A stretch of DNA of 63,944 nucleotides, the filler included, from Octopus bimaculoides (Eukaryota), in the NCBI RefSeq assembly GCF_001194135.2. It is 6 parts of 6 records of this genome, joined end to end, with 100 filler letters (N's around TTAATTAATTAA, not from the genome) between each part and the next. Parts side by side here need not be neighbours in the genome. Positions count along the whole stretch, not along the records: positions 1 to 28,207 come from NC_068995.1; 5 more parts are not named here. The stretch is one strand, 5' to 3'. The translations under genes and the position numbers were made by a program. Numbering within the stretch: position 1 is the first letter of the stretch; every line of letters begins with the position of its first letter. Below are positions 11,650 to 25,332 of the stretch, in pieces. Under the pieces are notes generated by a model that made no database searches, had not been told where the DNA came from, and saw only the letters and a list, made by a program, of their open reading frames with translations.

Positions 11650-14600
11650 ATATATATATATATATATGTATTGTACAGAAGCTAAAGGAATTCATGAATG
11701 CAGGATTGCTGTGAAGAAAGCTAAGAAAATGAAACTGTGGCCAGTGAGCCTCCACAGGGAATCAAACCTTGCATCTCTCAAGAGAACTGTCTTAGGGCAG
11801 TTGCTGTTTATGGTGGCTCTCTCAGATATGCCACAAGTTATATAGGCTGCTGCACAGGGCTGTGGATTCGGTAGCTGAAACCTTTGAGTCTGACTCCAAC
11901 TCCGACTCCGATCAATTAATTACAGTAGAAAATATACTTATTCTTAAACTCAGGAGCCCATGTGAACATTAAATCACATAGAAAATACAGCAAAATAGCA
12001 TTACCATACTGTCAGCATGGGGGTGGTTAGGAAATATTCTTATATTATCATTCAATTCAGTCATGAACCAAAATGGCATTTCATCACAACCAAGTGAATA
12101 ATCAAGATAGTTTTAAAGATTGAATTTTTTATGTTCAAAGAAAAAGCCAATGCTTATTTTTAACAAAAGCTATTATAAATCTTTTATAATTCCCATAGTA
12201 TAAACATAAATAAGATGGAAATAAAAGTAAGCTTATATTAAACATTAAGAAATCATTAAATCCTTTGGCATAAAACTGAACAATTCAGAGAAATCATAAA
12301 TTTAATTGTAAGTCCTAGGAAATAAAATAGAATCAGAAACATCTTTCTTCATTGAAGCTCTGAGAACTGACTTGATAAGTTTTCGAGCAGAGAAAAGTCT
12401 CTCCACACTAACTTGAGTAGAAGGAATAGCTGTCACCGTGCTAGCTGCTTCTCTGATGATTTCAGGGTAAATTTGAAAAAGTTCTTCCAATGGCGTTGTA
12501 TATTTCTCTATCTCTTTGAGTGTGGAACTGAATTCTTCTTCGAATTTTTAAAACTTAATATTGACAGGTCCATTTCTATCCAAATGTATTTTTTTGGTTT
12601 TCGCTTTTTCCTTTGCCAGTCTTTCCAGATACTTTTCAAAATTGTCACCATCATTGGAATATGATGACTGAGATTCGGACTCCATTGAAATATTGTGAAT
12701 GTCAGGATTTTGCATTTCTGATGAGATGGATAATAGTCCTTTCATTTCTATAGAAAGATTACAGAGAGTTTACTTTGTTTTAGTAATTTGATTGTTATCT
12801 AACAGAATTTGGTTCTTTGGATCAATCTCATTTTCTGTTAATTGAGCTTCCCTTCTTTTCATAGAAGTTTCTATCCCATTAGCAATTAAACCTCTTCTTC
12901 TACTAAGCTTGAATATCAAATTTTTCCATTCTCACAGAACTGTCCTACAGTCATATCTTCAGCTTGTAGTTTCTTGGTAACTGCATATGGAAGAACAAGA
13001 AGTTCTAATTCAGTAGCCTGGTTCCACTGCATTTCACTTGATGATATTGTAGGGTTATCAATATCTTCCAGGACAGATTTTAATTCAATCAACCTTTTTA
13101 CCATCATATAAGTGCTACCCCAGCGGATTGCTTGGTCAAGTATGGCTCCTTTTCCAGCTCGTCTTCTGATTATAGCATCAATCTTGGGTGTTCTTGCAGC
13201 TATGGCTACCTGCCTTAATTTACTAATCAGGATTGCTGTATGGGGATCTTTGAAACCATTCATTATAGCAAGTTGTAAGGTGTGCACTGCACAGCACATG
13301 TGCTGTATTTGGCAACATCTTGAAGCCTCATTTTGAAGCAACTGAGACAACAACATCAAGAGTCTTATCCAAATCTTCTGATTGTTCTTTTATTTCTTGT
13401 TCAGGATTTACAATAGTTCATACATCATCAGTGATTTCTTCATTTGCATTCAACTTCTCAATAATTTTAATCATATTTGATGCATTATTAGTAACAATGC
13501 AGATAACATGTTTCTTTTGGATTTGATATTCTTTCATAACATTTTCTATCAAGGACTGGAGGTAATTACTATCGTGATTTGTTTTGGTGCCTTGAACAGC
13601 CAGTGTCTTACCATCATTGTTAACAAATCTTACATTTATTCCAAAATAATTCACTCTGTGCCTTGTAGCTGCATCCATTTTTAAAAACATGTACTGGCCC
13701 TGGAGAGTTTTCTGCAATTCTTCTTTTTTTGCAGTTGCTTCATTAACAAGAAGTTTTTTGATACTTTGCTTGTCTAATGAAACATCAAACTTTCTAGCCA
13801 TTTCACCATTGAACTGAAGAAATGCTGGCTGTGAAAATAAACTTAGAGGCACTGCATTTTGTACAACTAAATCAATAAGATACTTCCTAAATGTTTCTGC
13901 AGTCATTGTTATCGTTATTTTGTCAGAACCTTGTAGTACTTATTTGCTTTGCAATTGACATTCCACTAACTGATGTTGAAGTACTTGGCTTAGCTTCTTG
14001 TGCAGTTGGACCTTTTATACTTGTTTTATCCTTTTCATTTTTTCTAAGACTTTTGGATGGAAGCGCTGTAAATGCCTTTTCAAATTACTTGCTCTTGAAG
14101 GAGCGTTTTTATTAGAACCATTATAAGCACTTATTTTGCTGTTACAAAGTTTTCCGGTATTATTATCACTATCTTCACCATCAACCATACATTGACACAA
14201 AATATTTATGTTCAAATACACTAGATTTAATAGATTTAGCTATTTGTTTTTTTTTTCTCTCCATATTGTTGGGACTGTAAATATCAGCAACATCAATGGA
14301 AATATAAACAATATTTAATTCTGAAAAAACAAAAAACAAAAATGAAACCTCAAAAACACTGACCGCATGAATTACAATTAGTGCTTAACAGTAAGCATTG
14401 TTAAATTACAGTAATATTTATTAATATATATCATCACAAAAAGTTAGGATTGAAACCACAGTGATATTAAAGAATTATACTGAAAATAAAAGATTTTCTT
14501 CAAAATTTTGAAACTCAAAATGAAAGAAACGGAATCAAATTATCATTGTAAATGACTATTCAGTATCTTCTAGATGTTTTTAACGATAGCTGAGCAATTT

Positions 14601-16060
14601 GTGCAGAAACCTTGAATGCTACTTTTTTACAATTTTATTTTCATAATCCTATGAAACATTTTATATATATGTGAAAGAATACATGCATAAAAGTTTCCCT
14701 TAATTTAGTTCTTTTCGATTGAAACACTTCATTTAACAAACTTAAAATGTAAACTTCATAGGTTGCTTGTGCGCATATTGTATCATCTTTCAATTTGAAA
14801 GATGATGCAATATGTGTAGAAGCAACCATTTACCTCAGCCAAGTTGATGTTTGCCACTGATGCAATTCATGGCTCACTCAAATTGATTGCAGATTACACT
14901 CATTACAGTTGACTGTGATGCAGTCCACTATATTTGCATGTTTTTCCAAGGATAAATTTGCGCAATCTTGTTATTATTAATTCTGAATGTAATTTATAGG
15001 GTATAAGTAATTCTTAATTTGAATATATTTACAGCCACTTCTATTGTTGTTTAGTTTATTTGATTATGTTCTATTATAAAATATAATTAAATAAAGTATA
15101 TATTTTTTATCAAATAAACGGTGTAATATTTTTGAGGAGTTGGAGTTAGCCGATTTTCACAGACTTTGACTCTGACTCCTGAAGCACAAAAATTGTCTCG
15201 ATCCTTGACTCCGACACTGACTCCACAGCCCTGCTGCTACACCTGCTAGCTATGGCAACAAGACAAAAGTAGTGCAAGCAATCAAGGAACTTTCCAATAC
15301 TAAATGCTAATCTTTCTACAGAAAGACCTAGATGCCATATATAAATGGGCTGAAGAAAACAACATGCAATTTAATACAGGTAAATTTCAAGCCCTCTGCT
15401 ACCAGCCAATTTGTGCTCACAAGTTGCAACAATGATACCTTGGATGAAAAGGAGTGGCAATCCCAGTGTCAAGTATAGTACGTGATCTGGAGATTGATAT
15501 GAGGAATGGTGCCTCCCTTCATGTGCATATTACCAAGGTGGTGGCACTGAGCAGGTGAATGAACCTATGCTGGTTCTATGGAGGATATTTGTATTCAGCT
15601 GTCTGGACTACTGCTCTCAGCTGTGGTCACCCCGCAATATCAAATCAATAGTGGAACTTGAGGCAGTTCAGTGGTGCTGCACCAGGACGATTACATTAAT
15701 GAAACAGCTGAACTGCTGAGAGAGACTGAAAGAGCTACTACTCTACTCCTTGGAACAAACACGTGTTACATGTACGGAAGATCCCGGAGGGGTTGGTACT
15801 GAACTTTGGCATCAAGAGCTATGCTGGACATTAGTCAACTTTTCCAAACGTCTCAGCTATCCTGTCTAGAATGATGACCATATACTGCAATAGCTTGGAA
15901 TTTAAGGGCTCACATCTGTCTAGTATGTTGTTAAACATCTGAGGAATCTACATGGAATAGAACAACTCGAGCTCCTGCTGGCTAAAGACTCAGGTAAAAC
16001 TACAGCAGAGCATGAGATTCAAGAGGGCAGCAGTGTCAGACCCTCTCCTTTGCCATAGGT
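11650..16060 (+). mobile_element. CR1/L2-like LINE RT/3' region split by the hAT element
   Basis: 11750-11854 corresponds to the degenerate PQG..LGPLLFMVALSD motif. It resumes at 15234 with ATPASYGNKTK (YADD region) and LQKDLDAIYKWAEENNMQFN. Confidence 0.7.
11855..15233 (-). mobile_element. Boundary-intact hAT DNA transposon (3379 bp) with decayed transposase
   Basis: TIRs CAGGGCTGTGGA/TCCACAGCCCTG; 8-bp TSD CTGCTGCA/CTGCTACA; subterminal GACTCC repeats. ORF pieces 14221-12302 contain a BED-like finger, FLKMDAAT, VTNNASNM, CAVHTLQL, RWGSTY and STQVSVERLFS. Confidence 0.92.
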
Positions 16061-17249
16061 CAATCACATTAGAGTGGCCATGTAAATGGTGATTACACAT
16101 GCAGTGCTTCAGCATGACTGCAGTGTTTTGCATAAAAGAATAAAAGAAAGAATATGCATATCAGTATATAAGCATATATATGCATACATATGCATACATA
16201 AATATACATATACACACACACACACACGCAAACATATATACACACATGTACCTATATGTATATATATATTATTTATAATTAATAAATCATATGGTATACA
16301 CCTGGTAGTTTGCCAGTAAAGCACGTTCACTGGTTCAGTGTTTGTTGGGTATTTGATTAATGAGAGAGACAGAAGATGGGAGAATCTTTATTGATCACTA
16401 CAATTATTTCAACCCATATAGCATCAATCCCTTGCATGTGGGATACTGAACATCTGGTTTAGGTGTATCTGTCAGTGAAGATGTATCTCTTCAGGTGATT
16501 TCACGAAGTATCTCATTAAAATAAACTGTGTTTCACAAGATTTCGTCTTTGTCTTCGTAGATATAAAGGGACAAATTATGGTATACAGCTTCATACTTAT
16601 AGAAGATCCATACCATATATCAGATCTAAAAGAAACAAATACTCAATACAGTGAGAAAAGTATGAGATGTAACTGTTAGTAGATATGGATGTATAAATGC
16701 CAACAGATGTGGTCTGATATATGTACACTCACTCATACAAGCACACACGTGTGGTTTGGCGCACATACACTTGCACACAACTTAACGTCCTCTTTCCATG
16801 CTGGCATGAGTTGGACAGTTTGACAGGCACTGGCCATGCTTCTGTGTCTGTTTTGGCATGGTTTTTATGGCTGGATGCCCTTCCTAACACTAACCACTCT
16901 CAGTTTTGGCGTAGTTTTTACAGCTGGATGCCCTTCCAAAGGCCAACTGCTTTACAGTGAGGACTGGATGCTTTTTAAGTGACACCTGCACTAATGGACT
17001 TTACAAGACAAAGAGTCTTTGAGAGGCCAGGGGTATGGGTGGAGGAAGATGATCTTGTTGCATGATACTTATTGAGAGACTCGTTGGTATTTTTCTCACT
17101 TAAAGCTGTATACAATGGTCAAGGGGTATCCTAGTGATGTTGGTAACTTGTGTAACATTGTGTTTTTAAGAGTGAGGAGGTTGCAGTTATTCATCCATAC
17201 ATTTAAATAAAGTGTGGTTATTAATTTAGTCAATGCTTACTCTAATTCA

Positions 17250-18790
17250 TGACCACTTTATTGTGTGAAAGTGCATTTAATACCATGCAAGCATCTTGAT
17301 AATCTTTCAGAAATCCTATCAATGAGCTTTTCATTGGCCACAAAATGGACAGCAACTCCTCAGAGCACAGTCTGCATCTCCTGGAAAGGACATTGTATGG
17401 TTGTGCATGTCTTATTATGGACTAAGTTACATCATATTTAATCTTATCCTTTTTTAGTTGCCACACAAAATTTGTCATAGATGTGGCATAGTTTTGATAT
17501 TGGTCCTTGAAAGAATAAGTTGCACCAATGTAAATATAGGACCCTCCCTTTTGTGTACAGTGCACTTATATACAACATTGGTACTCATACAGAGTTTCAT
17601 CAATGGGCATTTTGTTTTTCTTTTCATGAGCAATTATTAGATTTAGTTGTATTTGTGGCTCTGCTGATTTCATTTTCCAACAATGTCACCGTGTTGTCTA
17701 TATCCCTATTTTTGTTCTTTTCGGATGTGCCCTCAGCAGGTACTTTTCATTCTGCTTGGTATTGTTTTACTTGACATTTTGTTGACTATATTTGTTATGC
17801 TTCCTATTTGTTGTGCTTGAAGTAGTTTCCCTATCAAAGGCTTAAGGGTCTTGTGGGTGGGTTGTTCAATACTTGGTTCATTTTCCTTTTTATTAATGCT
17901 AGTGGTGTTGTTTTAAGTTAGTGGAGTTTGCATATGATACCTTCACATTGTGCCTATTAAAAATTAGTATGGTGTCTATTCATTTTGAGAAACATTTATC
18001 TAAAATAGCAAGAAATTCCCTAGCAATCTTTGTTGAAAGATGTAAACCTTGGGTTATAGCAGAGGACATCATGTTTCTTATATTTGTTGTTTGTCTTATT
18101 GATTCTGGTGTGTTTTATGGGGTTGGGACAATTTATTGTTGTGAGTTATAGTATGATTGTGTTGTGTGTGTAGGAGTTTTGGTGTGTTGTTTGGTGTCTT
18201 GACTAATTCTTTTTGTCATGTATGGTCAATCCGATTCAGTTAGCTTATTGTAATGTTTTGTTCATAAGTAACATGTATTATTTGTGGTGGAATTGGCAGA
18301 GTTGGGTATATCAATGTCATGTATGTATTTAATTTCCTCTCGGTAACCAGCCTTAGGTAAAGAAGTATTGTAATAGGGTGCATGTGATCCAAAAATTTCT
18401 TCAGTTGTGGATAGTCTAGATATTCAATTTGAACTATTTCTAACTAATCCCCATATTATAGAGGGTGATTGTTTGGATGCTACATTAATATTTTTAATGT
18501 TATCATTAGGTATATGATAAAGTTCATATAATCCAGTATGATGACTGAAGTTAATGTGAAGAAAGTTTACTCTGTGATTATTTTTGTCTATAGTGGTGCT
18601 GAGCCTGAAGTCTTTAAATAGTCTAAAGAATCCTTTCCTATGCTTTTTTAGTGAAGAGTGTATTAATGAAAAGATATATATTCTGACCAAACCTGTGATT
18701 TGTGCAGAGTTGAATGATCCCATTGTATTGTTGAAGGCATTCTCTCTAGCTGACCTATTCCAGGAGTTACTAACAATATCTACATGCTAT
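17250..18790 (-). mobile_element. Penelope-like element: RT C-terminal half plus GIY-YIG-region remnant
   Basis: MGSFNSAQITGLVRIYI (PLE 'MGSYDGAEVCELVGLYIL'), AREFLAILDKCF...IFNRHNVKVSYA, and a degenerate C-terminal 'CRLCSEE..IL' region. Boundaries approximate. Confidence 0.7.
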
Positions 18791-19263
18791 TGATTGTTTC
18801 ATTAGTCATTCAAAACATATGCACCTACTATGTCAGTATTTTTTACTGTACAACTGCTATAAGTATACCAGCCAAACCCAGTGAACCACACAACAGAATC
18901 TGTGACTCCTCACCAAGTGATGTCCTATCAGTAGCAAGTAAGTTTCTGTCGAATTGGAAAGTGCCACCCTCTCCAGATTGAATGTTTGTACCACAGACTC
19001 TAAACCACTATCTTTTCAGTTTTAAGGGAAACAATTCCCCCTATTGCTTCATTCTGTTTTCCATCCCTTCATATTTATGAACAAATGATATAAGCTTATG
19101 TCCATCATAATTCCCTCTACATTTGCTCTGTATATCAAAATAAAGAATATTTCTAAGTATAGTTGTAGCTAACCCATGATACCTGCAGCTGTCTGATTGA
19201 TGATATTCAACATGGAGCTCTTAAACTCAACAGTAGCAGTTGTACATTTACATGCCCTCATAT

Positions 19264-19300
<37 letters not shown>

Positions 19301-19496
19301 CACACACACACACTGTGTGTGAGTGCACATATATATGCATTTAACATGGTTATGGTGACAAGAAGATACACTGTGATGACTGCTAATTCATGCCAGTATG
19401 AATAGGAGATCTGTGACAATAATGATGCTTATACTCAATATCATCAGTTTGCTTGTAAACGTTTATGATGGACATAAAACTGTTTTACATTTTCAG

Positions 19497-19613
19497 GTAA
19501 CAGAACTACGAAACATTGACGATGAAACAGCTAGAATTATTCTGGTTCATATTCAAAAAGGATTGGATCCACCATCAAATTTAAGCAGAGATTTTGAAGA
19601 ACTTCTAAAACTC
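19497..19613 (+). CDS. Candidate orphan coding exon, unknown product (VTELRNIDDETARIILVHIQKGLDPPSNLSRDFEELLKL)
   Basis: Acceptor TGTTTTACATTTTCAG, donor GTGAGT, 117 nt (phase 0/0), stop-free, protein-like composition, unique non-repetitive sequence. Confidence 0.55.
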
Positions 19614-19669
19614 GTGAGTTCATTGTTTAGATTTACTATCACTATTATTTTATGAGTAGTGTATCCGCA

Positions 19670-20310
19670 TGTGTGTATTTTCTTACTTGCGTGATTTCAG
19701 TAGGACCGCTGGAAATCCACCTGGGCCAGCATCTGATTTTGTATCAACTTCATCTATGGCCATTATTACATCTTCTTCTCCAATGTTTATGGACTCAATT
19801 TTTTTTTTTACTTTGGTTTTAGGTAATGTTGCAAAGAATTCTGCTGGTTTGTTCACGTGCCTGTGTCCCAGCGGTGTAGTGAACACACTTTGGAACTATT
19901 CGTTCAGTATTTCACTCACCCTCAGGGGGTTTCCTGCGAGGGAGCCATCTTTTTGGAAGAGGGGTCCTATCTTGTGGTGTATTGAGGCTGTTTCTTTGGC
20001 AAACTTAAAGCTTTAGGATTCAACTTGATATTTTCTATAAACCAAGCTTCTTTGTTTTCTCTCTACTTTTCATGAGACTGATGCACATGTTTCTCAATCT
20101 CCAATAGTGGTCTCTCCAGGCGAGACTTCTCGTCACTTTTGGGATGCTTGCTCAGGTGGTTCGTAATCTGTATCCATCGCCTCATGAGAATCTTCCTTTC
20201 TCTAGGGATCCTGTTTTTGTGTACATTGGACTTGCACAATGGGACAGAGAGACATTTAGGCCAATTCAGTTTGAAGATCTCTCTCACACTCGGCTTCCAA
20301 TTTGCTTTAT
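19670..20310 (-). mobile_element. CR1/L2-like LINE ORF2 linker fragment
   Basis: IGPLFQKDGSL...SEILNE..QSVFTTP...INIGEEDVIMAIDEVDTKSDAGPGGFPAVLLK. Confidence 0.7.
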
Positions 20311-20714
20311 GAAAGATTAGTTTGGAAAGATTTTGGGTATAGGCTGTGTGTCAGCAGGAGCTTTTGGTTCATACATAGAGAGATCTATTATATTATGATC
20401 CAAGATCAGTGTCGGTGTCACTTTCACATTATGTGAAGCAGAGATCCAGTATATTATTTGTCCTGGTTGATTGCAGCACAATTTGCTCCATAAATGTGTG
20501 TGTGTGTGTGTATAAGTATGTATGTAAATATATATGTATATATACATATGTATCTATGGATATTTATATATGTATCTATATATATTTATATATATATCTA
20601 TATATGTATCTATATAATTTATATCTGTATCTATGTATATTTATATATGTAGCTATATATCTTTATATATATATATATCTTTATATATGTATATATGTAT
20701 ATATGTATATATAT

Positions 20715-23700
20715 ATCATCATCATCATTATCATTGTTTAAAGTCCGCTTTCCATGCTAGCATGGGTTGGACGATTTGACTGAGGACTGGTGAACCAGAT
20801 CGCTACACCAGGCTCCAATCTGATTTGGCAGAGTTTCTACAGTTGGATGCCCTTCCTAACGCCAACCACTGCGAGAGTGTAGTAGGTGCTTTTACGTGCC
20901 ACCAGCACGAAGGCCGGTCAGGCAGTACTGGCAACGGCCACGCTCAAAATGGTGTATTTTTACGTGCCACCTGCACAAGAGCCAGTCCAGGGGCACTGGC
21001 AACAATCTCGCTCGAATGTCTTTATACGTGCCACCGGCACAAGTGCCAGCAAGGCGATGCTGAGCACAGGTGCCATCATGATTNNNNNNNNNNGGAAAGG
21101 TATGCAGAAGTGGGCTGGCTACACCCCTGGCAGAGGCCTTGGATTTAGGTCTCACTTGGGTTGCTGGGTCTTCTCACGTACAGTATATTTCTAAAGGTCT
21201 TGGTCAGAAGTCATCGCCTCGGTGAAGCCCAATGTTCGAAGGTCGTGCCTCACCACCTCATCCCAGTTCTTCCTGGGCCTACCAGTTCCACAGGTTCCCT
21301 CAACTGCTAGGGTATGGCACTTTTTCACACAGCTATCCTCATACATTCTTGCCACATGACCATACCAGCGCAATCGTCTCTCTTGCACACCACAACTGAT
21401 GCTTCTTAGGTTCAACTTTTCTCTCAAGGTACTTACACTCTGCCTAGTAAGCACATTGACATTACACATCCATCAGAGCATACTAGTTTTATTCCTTGCG
21501 AGCCTACGCATGTCTTCAGCAGTCACGGCCCATGTTTCACTGCCATGTAACATGGCTGTTCGTACACATGCATCATACAGTCTGCCTTTTACTCTGACAG
21601 AGAGACCTTTTGTCACCAGCAGAAGTAAGAGATCTCTGAACTTTGCCCAGGCTATTCTTATTCTAGCAGCTACACTTTCAGCGCACCCTCCACCACTACT
21701 AACTTGGTCACCTAGATAGCGGAAGCTATGAACTACTTCTAGTTTTTCTCCCTGGAATGTGGCAGAAATTGTTTTCTACACATTTACAGTGTTTATAGCT
21801 CCTGAACATCTGCTACATACAAAAGCTAACTTCCTAGTTAACCTTCCTTTGATATTGCTGCACCTCTTATATGTCCATAGCTTGNNNNNNNNNNCCTAGT
21901 TAACCTTCCTTTGATATTGCTGCACCTCTTATATGTCCATAGCTTGCACTGGATGCATCTTATAGAGTTTCTACCTACGCCTTTTCTACAGATCGAGTAG
22001 GGCCATCTACTTGAAGGGGTTTGTATTTTTTCTACCTTCCTACTTATTAGGACTTTGGTTTTAGCTGGGTTGACTCTAAGGCCCATCGGTTCTAGTCCTT
22101 GCTTCCACAACTGAAACTTCTCCTCTAGTTCTGATAGTGACTCAGCAATTAGTGCAAGGTCATCAACATAGAGGAGCACCCAGGGGCATCCTGTCTTGAA
22201 TTCCTCTGTTATAGCCTGGTGGACAATGATAAATAGGAGGGGGCTGAGGACAGAACCTTGGTGAACCCCTACCTCTATCCGGAATTCATTACTGTACTCA
22301 TTGCCAACCCGCACCTTACTGACAGCGTCTCTGTACATGGCTCGCACAGCTCTCATTAACCATTCTTCTATCCCTAGTTTCCTCATTGACCACCAGATGA
22401 AGGATCGGGGGACCCTGTCAAAGGCTTTCTCCATGTCAATGAAAGTCAGGTACAGAGGTTTATCCTTGGCTAGGTATTTCTCCTGAAGCTGTCTTACTAG
22501 AAATATAGCATCAGTGGTGCTTTTCCCAGGCACGAACCCAAACTGCATCTAATCTAAACTGACTCGCTCCTTAAGTAGTTGGGCTATGAACCTCTCCGTG
22601 ACTTTCATTACCTGATCTAACAGCTTGATACCTCTGTAATTATTTGTATCTAAAGCATCACCTTTACCTTTGTAGCAGTTTACTATGGTGCTGCTACACC
22701 AGTCATTGGGTATGACTCCTTCGTGTATCACCTGGTTAACTATACGGGTGACTAGGCTGTAGCTGGCACTGCCAGATATTTTGAGCATCTCTGCAGTGAT
22801 TCTTGATGGGCCAGGGTCCTTCCCTGTTTTCATACTCTTAATTGCTTTATATACCATAGTACTGTCAACTTGGATAGCTGGTCCCTCTGTTGGGTTGACA
22901 TTGGGCAAACTCTCTTTCTCCCATTCATTCTCTTTATTGAGCAATCTTTCATAGTGGCGTCTCCATACCTCTTTCTTTGCAGCCTCGTTTAGTGCATGTG
23001 TACCATCATCCATGCAAACACATTTCTCTCCCACGACATCACGATTCTCTCTCACGCGCTGTCTTGCAACACAAAATACCTCAAGTCCTTGGTCCTCACG
23101 GTGCAGAACATTGGCAAGTTTTTTCTCATCTGCTTTCCCTCTGGCTAAATAAACCTGCCGCCTAGCTTCCCTTCTGGCAGTCTGATACAATTCCCTGCTA
23201 CCACCGTTCTTCCAGTCCTTCCAAGCCTGTTTCTTTTGTCTAATAGCTCTGTCAACNNNNNNNNNNTCTTCCAGTCCTTCCAAGCCTGTTTCTTTTGTCT
23301 AATAGCTCTGTCAACAACATTGTTCCACCACCACGTTATTTTCGGTCGAGAGGGGACTTTGCATCATCCACAGATCTCGTCAGTGGCCCTCAGCAGGTTG
23401 TCCCGTAGAAACGTCCAGTTGTCTTCTACATTATGTGAAGCTACATCCCCCTCTATTTCATCAATGACTTCGCGTAATAAATCTCTAAATCTCTGTCCAT
23501 TCGCAGGATCTTTAAGCTTCCAGACCCTTCTCTCCATGCTGGTTGTCTTCTGGGCATCCATTTAGCCCTGATCCTGAAGTCGCTAACTATCAGTCTATGT
23601 TGTGTACATTCTTCGCCTGGGAAGGTTTTGGCATTTATAAGCAGCCATCTTTCCCTTTTTCTGGCGAGGATGTAGTCAATTTGGCTAGTGTGCCTGCCAG

Positions 23701-23985
23701 AACAGTAGGTGACTAGGTGACTGGCAGGTTTCCTGAAGTTAGTATGGCAAACCATGCAGAACTCCAGCAGCCTGGTTTTCTCCTCATTGCAGGAGCCAAA
23801 GCCATAGCCTCCATTTACGCCATGGAAGCCTCCTGTATGTTGTCCAACATGTCCATTGAAGTCATCAGGCACAAAGAGAAGGTCCCTGTCATTCGTCGAC
23901 GAGGTAGTCTGCAGGAGGATGTCATAAAATTGGTCTTTTTGACCGTTGGGTAGCCCAGGCTGAGGGGCATAGGCTGAGATAATGG
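20715..23985 (-). mobile_element. RTE-clade LINE, 5'-truncated: APE part, RT, C-terminus and 3' UTR with (GAT)n tail
   Basis: ORFs 23453-23872 (DFNGHVG, SQIDYIL), 22549-23283 (NYRGIKLL), 21838-22548 (DMEKAFD, GVHQGSVLSPLLF, YVDD) and 21191-21469 (RLRWYGHV, GRPRKNW). Confidence 0.92.
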
Positions 23986-24006
23986 TTGGTAACCCATGGT
24001 GAAGGA

Positions 24007-24066
<60 letters not shown>

Positions 24067-24076
24067 TGTATGTATA

Positions 24077-24115
<39 letters not shown>

Positions 24116-25332
24116 ATCATCATCATCATCATCATCGTTTAACGTCCGCCTTCCATGCTAGCATGGGTTGGACGATTTGACTGAGGACTGGTGAAACCGG
24201 ATGGCAACACCAGGCTCCAATCTAATTTGGCAGAGTTTCTACAGCTGGATGCCCTTCCTAACGCCNNNNNNNNNNNNNNNNNNNNNNNNNNNNNNNNNNN
24301 NNNNNNNNNNNNNNNNNNNNNNNNNNNNNNNNNNNNNNNNNNNNNNNNNNNNNNNNNNNNNNNNNNNNNNNNNNNNNNNNNNNNNNNNNNNNNNNNNNNN
24401 NNNNNNNNNNNNNNNNNNNNNNNNNNNNNNNNNNNNNNNNNNNNNNNNNNNNNNNNNNNNNNNNNNNNNNNNNNNNNNNNNNNNNNNNNNNNNNNNNNNN
24501 NNNNNNNNNNNNNNNNNNNNNNNNNNNNNNNNNNNNNNNNNNNNNNNNNNNNNNNNNNNNNNNNNNNNNNNNNNNNNNNNNNNNNNNNNNNNNNNNNNNN
24601 NNNNNNNNNNNNNNNNNNNNNNNNNNNNNNNNNNNNNNNNNNNNNNNNNNNNNNNNNNNNNNNNNNNNNNNNNNNNNNNNNNNNNNNNNNNNNNNNNNNN
24701 NNNNNNNNNNNNNNNNNNNNNNNNNNNNNNNNNNNNNNNNNNNNNNNNNNNNNNNNNNNNNNNNNNNNNNNNNNNNNNNNNNNNNNNNNNNNNNNNNNNN
24801 NNNNNNNNNNNNNNNNNNNNNNNNNNNNNNNNNNNNNNNNNNNNNNNNNNNNNNNNNNNNNNNNNNNNNNNNNNNNNNNNNNNNNNNNNNNNNNNNNNNN
24901 NNNNNNNNNNNNNNNNNNNNNNNNNNNNNNNNNNNNNNNNNNNNNNNNNNNNNNNNNNNNNNNNNNNNNNNNNNNNNNNNNNNNNNNNNNNNNNNNNNNN
25001 NNNNNNNNNNNNNNNNNNNNNNNNNNNNNNNNNNNNNNNNNNNNNNNNNNNNNNNNNNNNNNNNNNNNNNNNNNNNNNNNNNNNNNNNNNNNNNNNNNNN
25101 NNNNNNNNNNNNNNNNNNNNNNNNNNNNNNNNNNNNNNNNNNNNNNNNNNNNNNNNNNTATATATATATGTATGTATGTAAGTATATATGTATATATGTT
25201 TGTGTGTATATATATATGTGTGTGTATGTGTATATATATATATGTATATATATATAGGTGTATGTATATATATATATATATATATGTGTGTGTATATATG
25301 TATGTATATGTGTGCATATATATGTCTATATA

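Noticed and set aside
16560-16650. Possible plus-strand exon (YKGTNYGIQLHTYRRSIPYIRSKRNKYSI)
   Set aside because: Two frames are equally open and there is no recognisable motif; support is insufficient.
20880-21065. CRISPR-like repeat-spacer appearance
   Set aside because: The repeats are degenerate, part of a eukaryotic RTE 3' UTR present in several copies, and no cas genes are present.
21831-21945. Direct duplications flanking 10-N gaps (also 23207-23313)
   Set aside because: Unmerged contig overlaps, not real tandem repeats.
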